Part shown: positions 33,344 to 45,659 of the stretch, piece by piece | Numbering within the stretch: position 1 is the stretch's first letter | Layout of the letters: every line of letters starts with the position of its first letter | From: Chrysemys picta bellii | Taxonomy: Eukaryota | Length of the DNA: 64,000 bases | Assembly (NCBI RefSeq): GCF_011386835.1 | Contig: NC_088795.1 | Coordinates: 144,026,001 to 144,090,000, forward strand | Direction: 5' to 3' | Notes under the pieces: generated by a model | What the model was told of the DNA's origin: nothing | Database searches by the model: none | What the model saw: the letters and a program-made list of their open reading frames with translations, nothing else | Made by a program: the position numbers and the translations under genes

Positions 33344-33999
33344 TGTCAAGGCTGCTTCCCCACTCTGAACTTTAGGGTACAAATGGGGGGGCCTGCATGA
33401 AAACTTCTAAGCTTAACTACCAGCTTAGATCTGGTCCGCTCCCACCACTCTCGATGCTAATTCCCTTCCCTGGGTAGCCTTGAGAGACTCTTCATCAATT
33501 CCCTGGTGAATACAGATCCAAACCCCTTGGATCTTAAAACAAGGAGAAATTAACCATCCCCCTCCTTTCTCCCACCAACTCCTGGTGGATCAAGATCCAA
33601 CCCCCTTGGATCTAAAAACAATGAAAAATCAATCAGGTACATTTACAAGTTGAGAAAACAAAGATAAAAACTAGCACGCCTTGCCTGGCTGTTTACTTAC
33701 AAGTTTGAAATATGAGAGACTTGTTTAGAAAGAGGTGGAGAACCTGGATTGATGTCTGGTCCCTCTCAGTCCCGAGAGCGAACAACCCCCAAAACAAAGA
33801 GCACAAACAGAAACCTTCCCCCTGCCCCAAGATTTGAAAGTATCTTGTCCCCTTATTGGTCCTTTGGGTCAGGTGTCAGCCAGGTTACCTGAGCTTCTTA
33901 ACCCTTTAGAGGTAAAAGGATTTTGGAGTCTCTGCCCAGGATGGATTTTATAGTACTGTACACAGGAGAGCTATTACCCTTCCCTTTATAGTTATGACA
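33344..33999 (-). mobile_element. Solo LTR, family C
   Basis: TGTCA...TGACA, TSD AACCT; empty site in unit 1 near 12216; orientation inferred from poly(A)/TATA placement. Confidence 0.92.
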
Positions 34000-35364
34000 A
34001 ACCTCCATGAAGGTTCATTTGAATTTTCACCCACTCTTCTTTGACAAGTTCATGTCTCATTCCTGTCATCCACAGAAATGACCAATCCTTGGATCTTGCC
34101 AATTTTTTCATCCCCCACAACATCCAGTAGCAGTGAATTCCACAGGCTGGCTATGTGTTGTGTGGAAAAGGCAATTCCTTTGCTAGGTTTATAATGTCCC
34201 ACCCTTCCCGTTCGTTGGCTGTCCCCTTGTTGGTGTATCCTGAGACAAGGAGAACAGAAGCGCTGGATCTTCGTTCTGTAGCCCATTCGTTCTTTTATTC
34301 ATGTTGAGCACGTCACCTTAGAAATGAGACGGATAAGAGTGAACAAGCCCAGGCTCGTTGATCTCTTCATGGGACAGTTTTTTCCAGGCCCTTGTTGGTC
34401 CCCATTGCCCTCCTCTGAACCCGCTAGTTGTGCAATGTCCTTTCGGAGACGGACCCTATCCAGATCGACCTCTCTTTGCTGGCCCGTGTGGGCCGGGCAC
34501 ATGGCAGCCCTGGGTGCACATGCTCACTTGCTCTTGCTCCTCACAGCCCAGAGTCCTCGGCACCTCCCTGACAGCCCCGCTCGCTCACCCGTGTCCAGGC
34601 AGTGCGAGGTGTCTCGATTGCAGCAGCAGCCGTGGCAGGAGACGAGCGAGGGTGCAAACGCCCCGCTTGGCCGGAGCACACAGCTCTGTCTGGGGGTTCG
34701 TGTCCTCGGCCCTAAGGGCACAGTTGGGCGGCTGGTTCCCAGGGCAGTCGACGGAGACGTGCTCGCTCTGATTTGAGCTGGCGGGCTAAAAGTAGCCGTG
34801 TGGACGCAGTAGCTCAGGCTAGCCGGCTGGGCACGTACCCAGGGGAGGGCAGCTGAGACTGGACGTGGGCGGCTAGCCGGAGCTACGGGTCTCCCAGAGC
34901 GGCGTGACCCCAATGGCCTGGTGTGCCAGTGCCATGCAGGACCCTGGCCCCACACTGCACAGGGGCTGGGAGGTGCCAATCCGTTGGGGTCCTTGGCTGG
35001 GTGGTGCCGCCCAGGGGGAAAGCCCTGCACTGTTGTCACCAGCCAGCAGCCGGGATTCAGTTGCTCCCCAGCCATTCCCAGGGCAGGGACTCCTGCAGCC
35101 GCTGAGCCGGGCCCCAGGGGCTGGTGGAGAGCAGGCCCCGCAGCGGGAGGAATGCCTGGTTTTAATCCTTCCCAGTGCAAGGCTGGGTGGTGCAGTGCTT
35201 ACGGCACTGGCTTCGGACTGGGGCGACGCCGGTGCTATGCCCTGCTCCGCCACAGTCTGCCTGGGTGCCCTTGGGCCAGTCACTTAGCCGCTCTGTGCCT
35301 CAGTCCCTGACTGTGCTGAGGCGAGCAGCCCTGCCTTGCCTACAGCGGGGTATGAGGACGGAGC

Positions 35365-35755
35365 TGGTTTTAGTAAAGGGAAATCATGCCTCACCAATCT
35401 ACTAGAATCCTTGGAGGGGGTCAACAAGCATGTGGACCAAGGGGATTCAGTGGATATTGTGTACTTAGATTTTCAGAAGGCCTTTGACAAGGTCCCTCAC
35501 CAAAGGCTCTTACGCAAAGTAACCTGCACCGGGATAAGAGGGAAGGTCCTCTCATGGATTGGTAACTGGTTAAAAGATAGGAAACAAAGGGTAGGAATAA
35601 ATGGTCAGTTTTCAGAATGGAGAGAGGTAAATAGTGGTGTCCCTCAGGGGTCTGTACTGGGCCCAGTCCTATGCAACATATTTATAAATGATCTGGAAAA
35701 AGGGGTAAACAGTGAGGTGGCAAAATTTGCAGATAATACAAAATGCCTAGAGTGG
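35365..35755 (+). mobile_element. CR1 LINE RT fragment
   Basis: [39 protein letters not shown]. Confidence 0.92.
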
Positions 35756-35830
35756 TAGCCGTGTTCGCCTGTATCAGCAAAAACCACGAGGAGTCCTTGC
35801 GGCACCTTAGAGACTAACAAACTTATTCGG

Positions 35831-35870
35831 GCATAAGCTTTCGTGGTCTAGAACCCACTTCATCAGATAC
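35831..35870 (-). ncRNA. Penelope-type minimal hammerhead ribozyme motif in a PLE terminal-repeat fragment (about 35758-35875)
   Basis: Minus strand GTAT-CTGATGA-A-GTGG(GTTCTAGA)CCAC-GAAA-GCTT-ATGC. Confidence 0.65.
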
Positions 35871-36829
35871 ATGCAGTGGAAAATGGCCTAACCCCCTGCG
35901 TCCTTCAGCCCCCAGCACTGGGGCTGCTGCTGGGAATGGGAAGAATCCAGAAGGATAACGACGGCATTAGCGCTGCCAGAGGCGCTGCCCAGGCCGGGGA
36001 GGAGAGAAGCCAAGAGCCCAAGGAACCAGGACCCCCCTTTCCTGGCACATCGTATTTCTCCTACTAGCTCAGCAGCGGAGCCCTCTCCTCCCGGTGATGC
36101 TGCACCAGCCCGGTCCAGCCCCCCCTTCCCCAGGCCTCGGAAGCTGCCACCTGGCACCAGAAGCCAGGCCCAGGCCGAGCACCCGTCTCCTCGGGCCCAG
36201 CTCCGCTGGCAGGTACAATGGGTGGCTTGTTGGGCCCTATTGACACAGGGCTGTGGTGCTGGTCCGTACCTGGCTGCCGGTCGGTGGGCAGGACGCTGGG
36301 CCGGGGCTGTTTGCTTTAGCAACACTCTAGGGGCTGAGCACAGAGCGCCCGCAGTGTGCTGGGGTTCCCACCCGCTCCGTCTGTGTAGGAGCCAGGCTGG
36401 GCTGCCTGCCAGTGACCGAGGCTCTGTGCCCTCGGGCGGCAGAATGGGCGGGGGGGAGGGGGGACGGGGGACCCGCCAGGGAGGTGATTGCATCTGTTTG
36501 GATTAATCAGCTAAGCTGTGAAGCAAACAGGGCTGCTACCCCCTCCCCACGGCCTGCCAGCCCATCCTCCCTAGCCAGCTGTTGGGCCATGGGGCAGGTG
36601 GAGGTGGGCTGGGGAGGGTCAGTGATTGGGGGGGGTTGTAGGGAGGCTGGGGGTAGGGGGTTAGGCTGCTCATTGAGTGGCAGGCACGCTATAGGGTCAG
36701 CTATTGGGAAGGGGGGGTGCACACTTTGGGGGCTGTGGAGGGCTGGGCAGTGCCTGTGGGGCGGGGGGCAGAGCAGGGACTAGCCAAGCGGCTGGGAAAG
36801 GCCCTTGTTGCTGGAAGCGGGTTACACCA

Positions 36830-37872
36830 GATGGGTGCCCCTCCATGCCAGGAACACACCATGGCTTTGTGCTTTGTTGAAAGCTTGTGTCCCTGACATA
36901 TTTGGGGTGCATTGCGTCATACACCAAGAAGTGCTCTGCGCTAAACCTGACAAGGGAGACAGACCGAAAGCTGTAATAGACAACGTGGTGCAGATTGTTC
37001 ACTTCATACACGCTCGTCCCCTGCGTCACCATCCAGGTGGGGAACTTGTGGACCAAATTGAAACAGAAGATGGAGACCTCGTCACGCTCACTGAAGTGCG
37101 GTGGTTACGCCGTGGTAAAGTCCTGGGCTGTTTCCTGGCACTGCTACCAGAAATCCAGCAGGTTCTTGCTCAGAAATCTCAAAGGTACCCAGAGTTGGAA
37201 GATGAAAACTGAATTTTGGATGTGGCTTTTCTCGTCAGCATCACTGGTCAACTGAACGTGTTGAACGAGTCGTTGCAGGGGAAAAAATCACTTCTTGCTC
37301 ACACTAATTGCTAGTGTCAGAAAATTCATGCTACACCTGCAGTTAATGTCAACTCAGTTACCTCCATGTGACGACACTCACTGCCCGCATTTGAAAAAAT
37401 GCTGGACAAACACTGATCAAGGAACCCAATCTGATCCGTCAGTTCACAAACAAGCACTGGCTACACTGGCAGAGCGTTTCGAGAACTGCTTTTCTTCTCG
37501 GAGAGCTCTGAAGCCCTGCCTCTCAGCGCTCTCAAATCCATTTGCATTTGATCTGAACAAATGTGGAGTAGCATGGTAGAGCTCTGGGGGTGATAAAAGG
37601 AAGTTTGAGGAGGAATTAATTCATGTCCATGCCCTGGATGAAGATGAAATTAACCAGCTAAAGAGGAAAGGTTTACAAGAACGGTGGTTGAATACCCCGG
37701 TCTAATTCTCTGGCACGGAATTGCAAAGCTCATGTCAATCTTTGGCGCAACATACACATGCGAGCAGACGTTTCCTGCTACGGGACACATCAAATGCAAG
37801 AAGCGCAGGAGACTAACGGATGGAAAGCTCAGTGCTGAATTGCGAAGCGTCTGCTCTAAGCAATTGTCCTGA
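36830..37872 (+). pseudogene. hAT (Buster/Charlie, GTF2IRD2-like) transposase relic
   Basis: HCVIHQEVLCAK, EVRWLRRG, SIFGATYTCEQTF; stops and frameshifts. Confidence 0.85.
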
Positions 37873-38011
37873 ATTGATACTCTCAGTTGTGTCCCACCAG
37901 AGGCCGCTTTGTTACAGGGAGGTGTAGGTTGGACATTAGGAAACACTATTTCACTAGGAGGGTGGTGAAGCACTGGAATGGGTTACCTAGGGAGGTGGAG
38001 GAATCTACATC

Positions 38012-40458
38012 TGTCAAGGTTCCCTCCCCACTCTGAACTTTAGGGTACAGATGTGGGGACCCGCATGAAAGACCCCCTAAGCTTATTTTTACCAGCTTAG
38101 GTTAACAGTACGCTGCCACCACCAAGCGAGTTAACCAAAGATTTAGGGAGAGCCACTTGGAACTCTGCCTTTCCCCAAATATCTCCCAAGTCCCTAACCC
38201 CCACTTTCCTGGGCAGGCCTGAGACTAATCCTCCCCAAGTCCTTACACCCCTTTTCCTGGGTAGGCTTGAGAATATCCCATCACCACTTAGTCCTGGTGA
38301 ACACCGATCCAAACCGTTGGATCTTAAAACAATGAAAAATCAATCAGGTTCTTAAAAGAAGAATTTTAATTAAAGAAAAAAGGTGGAAGGAATACCTCTG
38401 TAAGATTAGAATGAAAGGCAATCTCACAGACAATCAGATTCAAAACACAAAGGTTTTCCCTCTGGGCAAAACTTTAAAGTTACACAAAGAACCCACATTT
38501 ACCCTCCCTCTTATTCGCAGAAGAACTCACAAACAGGAAAATAAAAGTAACCTAACTCATTCCTTCTCTAAATACTCACTACCCTATAGGGGTGGGATGG
38601 CTCCTTCTTTCTCTGTCTCCGGCAAAAGCCCACACCCAGCACAGACAAAAGACTTTTTCCCCCTTCCAGATTTTTAAAGTATCTTGTCTCCTTATTGGTC
38701 CTTCTGGTCAGGTGTCAGCTAGGTTATGTGAGCTTCTTAACCCTTTACAGGTGTAACCCTTCTGCCCATCTAAGTTGGCAGCAGCAAGGGCCGGGTTCAG
38801 TATCTAGGGGTTCCGTTTCAATAATGCAATGCAAAACCAGCTCGAGCCCCCACCCAGTGACCTGGGACAATTACATACCACCCCCCTGGGCGCCTCTAAG
38901 AGGCAATACTTCCCCTCTCGCAAGCACAGAGTCTGAGTGTAGCAAAATCCTTTGAATAAAGGAGGGAAACAATGCGGTATCATGTTGGGGAAACACCACA
39001 AACAGGATTCATACCGCAAACTATGAGCAAAAGACCCACCCCCAAGTAAGTTTGGCAGTATCCTTTTCCCCTCAGGGTCTTAAGTCCAGCAACCCAAAAA
39101 ATCACCCAAAGTCCCAAAAGTCCAACACCCCAAAAGTCTCTTGAGTCCAGCAACCCAAAAATCACCCAAAAGTCCAACAAAACAAAGTCTCTGTCCCTGG
39201 TCGTTGCAGCCCCAGAGTTCAAAAGTTTATCTGCAGAGTTTTACCTCCCAGCCTGGGTGGAAATGCCCCGCCCCCCCCCGGGGTGTTAAGGGGCACCTTA
39301 CGTGGTCCAAGGCTGACTGCCCCACCTCCTCGTGGGGTTCTGCTGCAGCCTTCACCGCAAGCCACTCCGCCAGCTGCTCTGCTCCGCTCCACCAGCTGCC
39401 CCGCCAACTGCGCCACTCCGCCAGCTGCTCCGCTCCATCAGCCGTCCCGTGAGCCGCTCCAGCCATCCCGCCAACTGCGCCGCTCCGCCAGCTGCTCCGC
39501 TCCATCAGCCGTCCCATAAGCCGCTCCGCCAGCTGCTCCGCTCCATCAGCCGTCCCATAAGCCGCTCCGCCAGCTGCTCTGCTCCACCAGCCATCCGGTG
39601 AGCCACTCCAGCCGTCCCGCCAACTGCGCTGCTCCACCAGCTGCTCCGCTCCATCAGCCGTCCCGTGAGCCGCTCCAGCCGTCCCGCCAACTGCGCCGCT
39701 CCACCAGCTGCTCCGCTCCATCAGCCGTCCCATAAGCCGCTCCGCCAGCTGCTCTGCTCCACCAGCCGTCCCGTGAGCCGCTCTGCTCCACCAACTGTCC
39801 CGCCAACTGCACCGCTCTGCCAGCTGCTCAGTCATATAGCTTCAGCCCCCCACCCACTTAACACGGCACTCAGTGATTTCAGCTCCTTATTGATTTCACC
39901 TTGTAGTAGGGGAGCCCCAGTGCTGCTGCACCATTGGCCCAAAGCGAGCTCAACATAGCAGCCTGTAACTAGGTTCTTAATGGAATCAAAATTAGCTCTG
40001 CTATTCAATAGTGGAGAAAGGAGATAGTGCAATTGATATTTCCAGCCCTCAAAGAGTACCCACACCATCCACTATAAATACCCATCCCTGACCTCTCTCA
40101 ATTCACTGGGTTTTGGAACCCATGTCCTTTTTCTAGCGAGTGCTACTTAGGTGATGGTGAGACCCTCTGTCATAAAAGAGTTTCATTGTCCTTGATTTAC
40201 ATAATCAGGGTAACAGCACTTTATTCCTCCTGCCCCAATAACAGAGAAACTGGGGATCCCATAGCAGCCAAAGTGACCATTTTGGGCTGCCGTGGGCTCA
40301 TGCCAGGCGGGTGGGTGTGCCTACGCAACCAAGATCAGCCCCTGAAGTTCTTTTCCAAAACTCGCCACAATTCACCACCAGATGTCAGGGTAGAGCTCAT
40401 CCTGACTCTGCTTACACAGGTAAAAGAAGAATTAACCCTTAACTGTATGTTTATGACA
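38012..40458 (-). mobile_element. Solo LTR, family C, with nested LTR D
   Basis: TGTCA...TGACA, TSD ACATC. Confidence 0.92.
38752..40416 (-). mobile_element. Solo LTR, family D, with internal GC minisatellite (about 39355-39830)
   Basis: TGTAA...TTACA, 4-bp TSD CAGG; reverse complement of 43885-45320. Confidence 0.92.
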
Positions 40459-40669
40459 ACATCCTTAGAGGTTTTTAAGGTCAGGCTTGACAAAGCCCTG
40501 GCTGGGATGATTTAGTTGGGGTTGGTCCTGCTTTGAGCAGGGGGTTGGACTAGATGACCTCATGAGATCCCTTCCAACCCTGATATTCTATTATTCTAGG
40601 ATTGTATGAGAAGCAACACACAGTGTCTTTGTTCACACATATTAGTAAGGATATAAGAATATCAAAAGT

Positions 40670-43475
40670 CAGGGTCCTGCACCCCCCTCTTCTGGCGATT
40701 CACCGTGACTCTCAGCCAGCCAGTAAAACAGAAGGTTTATTAGACGACAGGAACACAGTCCCAAGCAGAGCTTGTAGGTACAACCAGGACCCCTCAGCCA
40801 GGTCCCTCTGGAGTGGGGGGGGGGGCAGGGAGCTTAGACCCCAACCCTGGGGGGTTCCCTCCATTTCCTCAGCCAGCTTCAAACTGAAACTCCACTGCAG
40901 CCGTGTCCTTCCACCCTCCCCCGGCTCCTCCTCCAGCCTTTGTCCAGTTTCCCGGGCAAAGGTGTCACCTGGCCCCATCCCCCTCCCGGCTCAGGTTACA
41001 GGCTCAGGTATCGTCCCTCAAATAAAGTCATCCCCTGATATCCCATCCCCCATGCAGACAGTGCCAGTAAAACTAGACGACATTCCCAGGTCAATCCGCC
41101 CCGCTCCCTACTGCATCACATCTCTCCCCCCTTGGAGACTGAACTGAGCGGGGTCACTCGGACCAGTGACCTGGGGAAGTTCAGGGCCCCGTCTCTGGGA
41201 AAATGCATCCGCTATCAGGTTGTCTCTTCCCTTCACATGGACCACGTCCATGTCATAATCCTGCAGGAGCCGGCTCCACCTCAGGAGCTTGGCGTTGCCT
41301 CCTTTCATCTGGTGCAGCCAGGTCAGGGGAGAGTGGTCGGTGTGCACGGTGAAGTGTCGCCCAAAGAGATATGGCTCTAGTTTCTTGAGGGCCCACACCA
41401 TGGCCAGGCGTTCCTTCTCAATGGCTGCATAGTTTTGCTTCCGGGGTAGCAACTTCTTGCTCAGGTACACGATGGGGTGTCTCTTCCCCTTTTCATCCTC
41501 CTGCATTAACACCGCCCCCAGTCCTGTGTCTGAGGTGTCGGTGAACACCATAAAGAGCTTGTCAAAGTCTGGGTTTGCCAGAATTGGGCCACTGACCAGA
41601 GCTTCTTTCAGTGCACAGAGAGCCTCCAGCATTGCTTGGTCCAGACCACCTTGTCTGGCTTCCTTTTCTTGCACAGCTCAGTGATGGGGGTGGCTATGGA
41701 GCTAAAGTGGGGCACGAACCTCCGATAGTACCCTGCCATCCCAATAAAGGCTTGGACCTGCTTTTTGGTTTGTGGAGCAGGCCAGTCTCTGATCACCTCC
41801 ACTTTGGCTGGTTCCAGCTTTAGGCAGACACTCCCCACCCGGTGACCTAGGTAGGGTATTTCGGCCATCCCCACCTTGCACTTCTCAGCTTTTACGGTCA
41901 GCCCAGCCTCCTGGAGTCGGTCCAGCACTTGTCTAACCTGGGACACGTGGTCCTCCCAGGTCTGGCTAAAGACACAGATGTTATTAATATACGCCACGGT
42001 GGTGAAGACGCGGGCCCGCGCCGTGCGGTCATACCAGACCTTCTGCTTCCTCTGGGCTCTGGCCAGATTCTCCTTGGCCAGGCCCATGAGCTCAGCAAGT
42101 GTTTTCCAGAAGGTTAGGACTTACTCCACCACTGACTCTTAATTGGGAGTGACCTTTCCCTCCCATTTGTCTTTTATTAGGTTTAGGGGCCCCCTTACCC
42201 TCCTGCCATTTAACAGTTCGAAAGGCAAAAACCCAGTAGACTCCTGGGGCACTTCCCTGTACGCGAACAGCAGGTGAGGTAAGTACTTGTCCCAGTCCTG
42301 CGGGTGCTGGTTTATAAATGTTTTTAGCATCATTTTTAGCGTTCCGTTGAACCTCTCCACAGCCCATTGGATTGGTGCTCCGGTGCTTGTGGGAGAAATG
42401 TGGGGTCCAGCACAGCTGGGCCTCAGTGTATCACCCCCAATCCAATGGGCTGGTGGAGAGGTTTAATAAAAGACAAATGGGAGAATCTGGCCAGAGCCCA
42501 GAGGAAGCAGAAGGTCTGGTATGACTACACGGCATGGGCCCGTGCCTATGCCATGGCGTGGACCCACGCCTAGGGGATCAGGTGATGGTTCTCATCCCCA
42601 TGAGGAAAAACAAACTACAGGCCGCCTGGGAAGGTCCTTTCAAGGTTGTCAAGCAACTAAATGAGGTAAACTATGTGGTGGAGCTGTCGAACCGGGCCCA
42701 CCACCGCCGGGGGTATCACGTCAATAGGATGAAGCCATATTATGACAGGGGGAATGTGGGTGTTTGACATTTGGGAGGAGCAGGAAAATAACCCTTTAGT
42801 AACTCTGTTCCCTGGAACAAAAGCTGGCTCCCCCCTGGAAACAATTCCCCTCTCGGATCGGCTGACCCCGGCCCAGCGAGCTGAGATCAAAGGGGTTGCT
42901 GCATCTGTACGGACAGCTCTTTTCCAATCAGCCTGGATGCACTAATCTGACGGTCCACTGGGTGGAGACAGGATCACATCCTCCTATAAAATGCTCCCCC
43001 TTCCAAGTCACAGAAAAAACTACACAGGACCTAAAAAAAAAAGGTCAGGAACATGCTGGCTTTGGGGGTGATCCTGCCATTTTCCAACCCTTGGGCCTCG
43101 CCCGTGGTGCTGATCCCCAAAAAGGACGGGTCGATCCGGTTCTGTGTGGACTATCGGAAGCTCAATGCCATCACTGTAGCCGATGCCTACCCCATGCCCA
43201 GGCCTGACGAGCTCCTAGACAAGCTGGGAGGTGCTCGGTACCTTACCACCGTGGATCTTACAAAGGGCTACTGGCAAGTGCCACTGGATGCAGATGCCAG
43301 GTTAAAATCGGCCTTTATCACCCCTCTGGGGCTCTATGAGTTCCTAACCCTGCCCTTCGGCCTCAAGGGAGCGCCGGCCACCTTCCAGCGCCTGGTGGAT
43401 CAGCTACTGAGGGGGATGGAGAGTTTTGCCGTGGCGTATATTAATAACATCTGTGTCTTTAGCCAGACCTGGCAA
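40670..43475. mobile_element. Rearranged Gmr1-like Gypsy relic: 3' LTR (about 40670-41120, -), PPT, RNase H/RT/IN on minus, IN-RT on plus
   Basis: ORFs 41108-41674(-), 41608-42087(-), 42139-42360(-), 43053-43493(+) carry RH, RT and IN motifs; RT motif reads YINN. Confidence 0.88.
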
Positions 43476-43559
43476 CGACTGCAACAGCCGTAGTGGATCC
43501 AATCCCAGAGACCCAGCCAAAGCCAGTCCCAGAACCGGAACTGGCAACGCAACCAGCAC

Positions 43560-45523
43560 CAAAATTAATTAAATTAATTAAAGAAAAAGGTAAAAATCAT
43601 CTCTGTAAAATCAGGATGGAAACTAACTTTACAGGGTAATCAAACTTAAAGAGCCCAGAGGAATCCCCTCTAGCCTTAGGTTCAAAGTTACAGCAAACAG
43701 AGATAAACACTCTAGCAAAAAGGTACATTTACAAGTTGAGAAAACAAAGATAAAAACTAACACGCCTTGCCTGGCTGTTTACTTACAAGTTTGAAATAGG
43801 AGAGACTTGTTCAGAAAGATGGGGAGAACCTGGATTGATGTCTGGTCCCTCTCAGTCCCAAGAGCGAACAACCCCCAAAACAGATGTAAGCAGAGTCAGG
43901 ATGAGCTCTACCCTGACATCTGGTGGTGAATTATGGCGAGGGTGGAAAAGAACTCCAGGGGCTGATCTTGTTTGCATAGGCACACCCACTCGCCTGGCAT
44001 GAAACCACAGCAACTCAAAGTGGTTACTTTGGCTGGTGTGGGATCCCCAGTTTCTCTGTTATTGGGGCAGGAAGAATAAAGTTTTGTTACCCTGATTCTG
44101 TGAATCAAGGCCAGTGGAACTGTTGTATGACAGAAGGACTGAGTGAGTCATTCACCATTACCTAAGTAGCATTTGCTTGTCAAGGGGCATGGGTTACAAA
44201 ACCCAGTGAATTGAGAGAGGATGGGTATATGTACCTGATGGTGTGGCTTCCTCCCTCAGGGGGTTGAAACACCAATTGCACTATTTCCTCTCTCCACTGT
44301 TGAATGTTGGAGCTAACTTTGATTCCCTTAGGAGTCTAGTTACAGACTGCTGAGCTGAGTTCGCTTTGGGCCAATAGTGCACCAGCACTGGGGCTCCCCT
44401 ACTACTAGCTGAAATCACTAAGAGCTGAAATCACAAAAGAGCTAAAGCTATCTAAGAGCTGAGATCACTGAGGCTGTGTTAACTAGTGGGGGAGCCTGAA
44501 GCTATATTGCTAAGCTAACTTAGCTTAGCGGGGGTGAGCGGAGCGGCTCACAGGTCGGTGAATGGAGCGGCTGGAGGAGCAGCTAGCAGAGCAGAGCCTT
44601 GTGGGAGCGGCCCAAGGGACGGCTGGAGCGGAGCGGACCGGAGCGGCGCGGCTCACAGGTCGGTGAGCGGAGCGGCGCAGCTCACAGGTCGGTGAGCGGA
44701 GCGGAGCGGCTGCCAGAGCAGTTTGTGGGACTGCGGGTGGAGTGGAGCAGTTCGTGGTGAAGGCTGCAGTGGAACCCCACGGAGAAGCAGCCGGTTGGCC
44801 TCGGATCACGTAAGGTGCCCCTTAACACCCTGCTCACCCCCCCCTTTGAACTCTGGGGTTGCACTGATCATGGACAGAGACTTTGGGGGGTTGTTGGACT
44901 TTTGGGACTTTTGTGATTCTTGGGTTGCTGGACCCAAGAGACTTTGGGATTGGTGGACTTTTGGGACTTTGGTGATTCTTGGGTCGCTGGTTTCAAGAAC
45001 CAACGGGAGAGGACACGGCCCAATTTGCTGGGGTGGGTCTTCGCTCATGGTTTGGTCTAAAAACTCTAGTTGTGGTGTTTTTTCCATTTAATGCTGATGT
45101 TGTTTACCTCATGTTATTAAACATTTTCTGTTACACTCAGACTCCGTGCTTGCGAGAGGGGAAGTATTGCCTCTTAGAGGTGCCCAGGGGGTGGTATGTA
45201 ATTGTCCCAGGTCACTGGGTGGGGGCTCGAGCCGGTTTTGCATTGCGTTATTGAAACGGAACCCCTAGATACAGAACCCGGCCCTTGTTGCTGCCAACTT
45301 AGATGGGCAGAAGGGTTACACAAAGAACACAAACAAAAGCCTTCCCCCCACCAAGATTTGAAAGTATCTTGTCCCCTTATTGGTCCTTTGGGTCAGGTGT
45401 CAGCCAGGTTACCTGAGCTTCTTAACCCTTTACAGGGAAAAGGATTTTGGAGTCTCTGGCCAGGAGGGATTTTATAGTACTGTACACAGGAGGGCTGTTA
45501 CCCTTCCCTTTATATTTATGACA
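43560..45523 (-). mobile_element. Partial LTR, family C, with nested LTR D
   Basis: Homologous to 33344-33999; ends TTATGACA; left boundary unclear. Confidence 0.8.
43885..45320 (+). mobile_element. Solo LTR, family D
   Basis: TGTAA...TTACA, 4-bp TSD CAGA/CAAA; ATTAAA near 45115. Confidence 0.88.
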
Positions 45524-45659
45524 GGGACACAGACAAGGCTCTGTGGTGTCAGAGCTGAGGAAGGTGTGCAGAGGGAGGGGGTGCAGGTTCTGGGAGGGAG
45601 TTTGGGGATGGGAGGGGTGCAGAGGGATGGGGTGCAGGGATGAGGGCAGTGGGTTGTGG

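Larger units (their letters stand above)
37918..40600 (+). mobile_element. CR1 3' end split by LTR C (CR1 parts about 37918-38011 and 40459-40600)
   Basis: GGACATTAGGAAA...GGTGAAGCACTGGAATGGGTTACCTAGGGAGG then GACAAAGCCCTGGCTGGGATG...ATTCTATT tail. Confidence 0.85.

Noticed and set aside
36805-37872. Host GTF2IRD2/ZBED-like gene
   Set aside because: Multiple stops and frameshifts; decayed hAT transposase.
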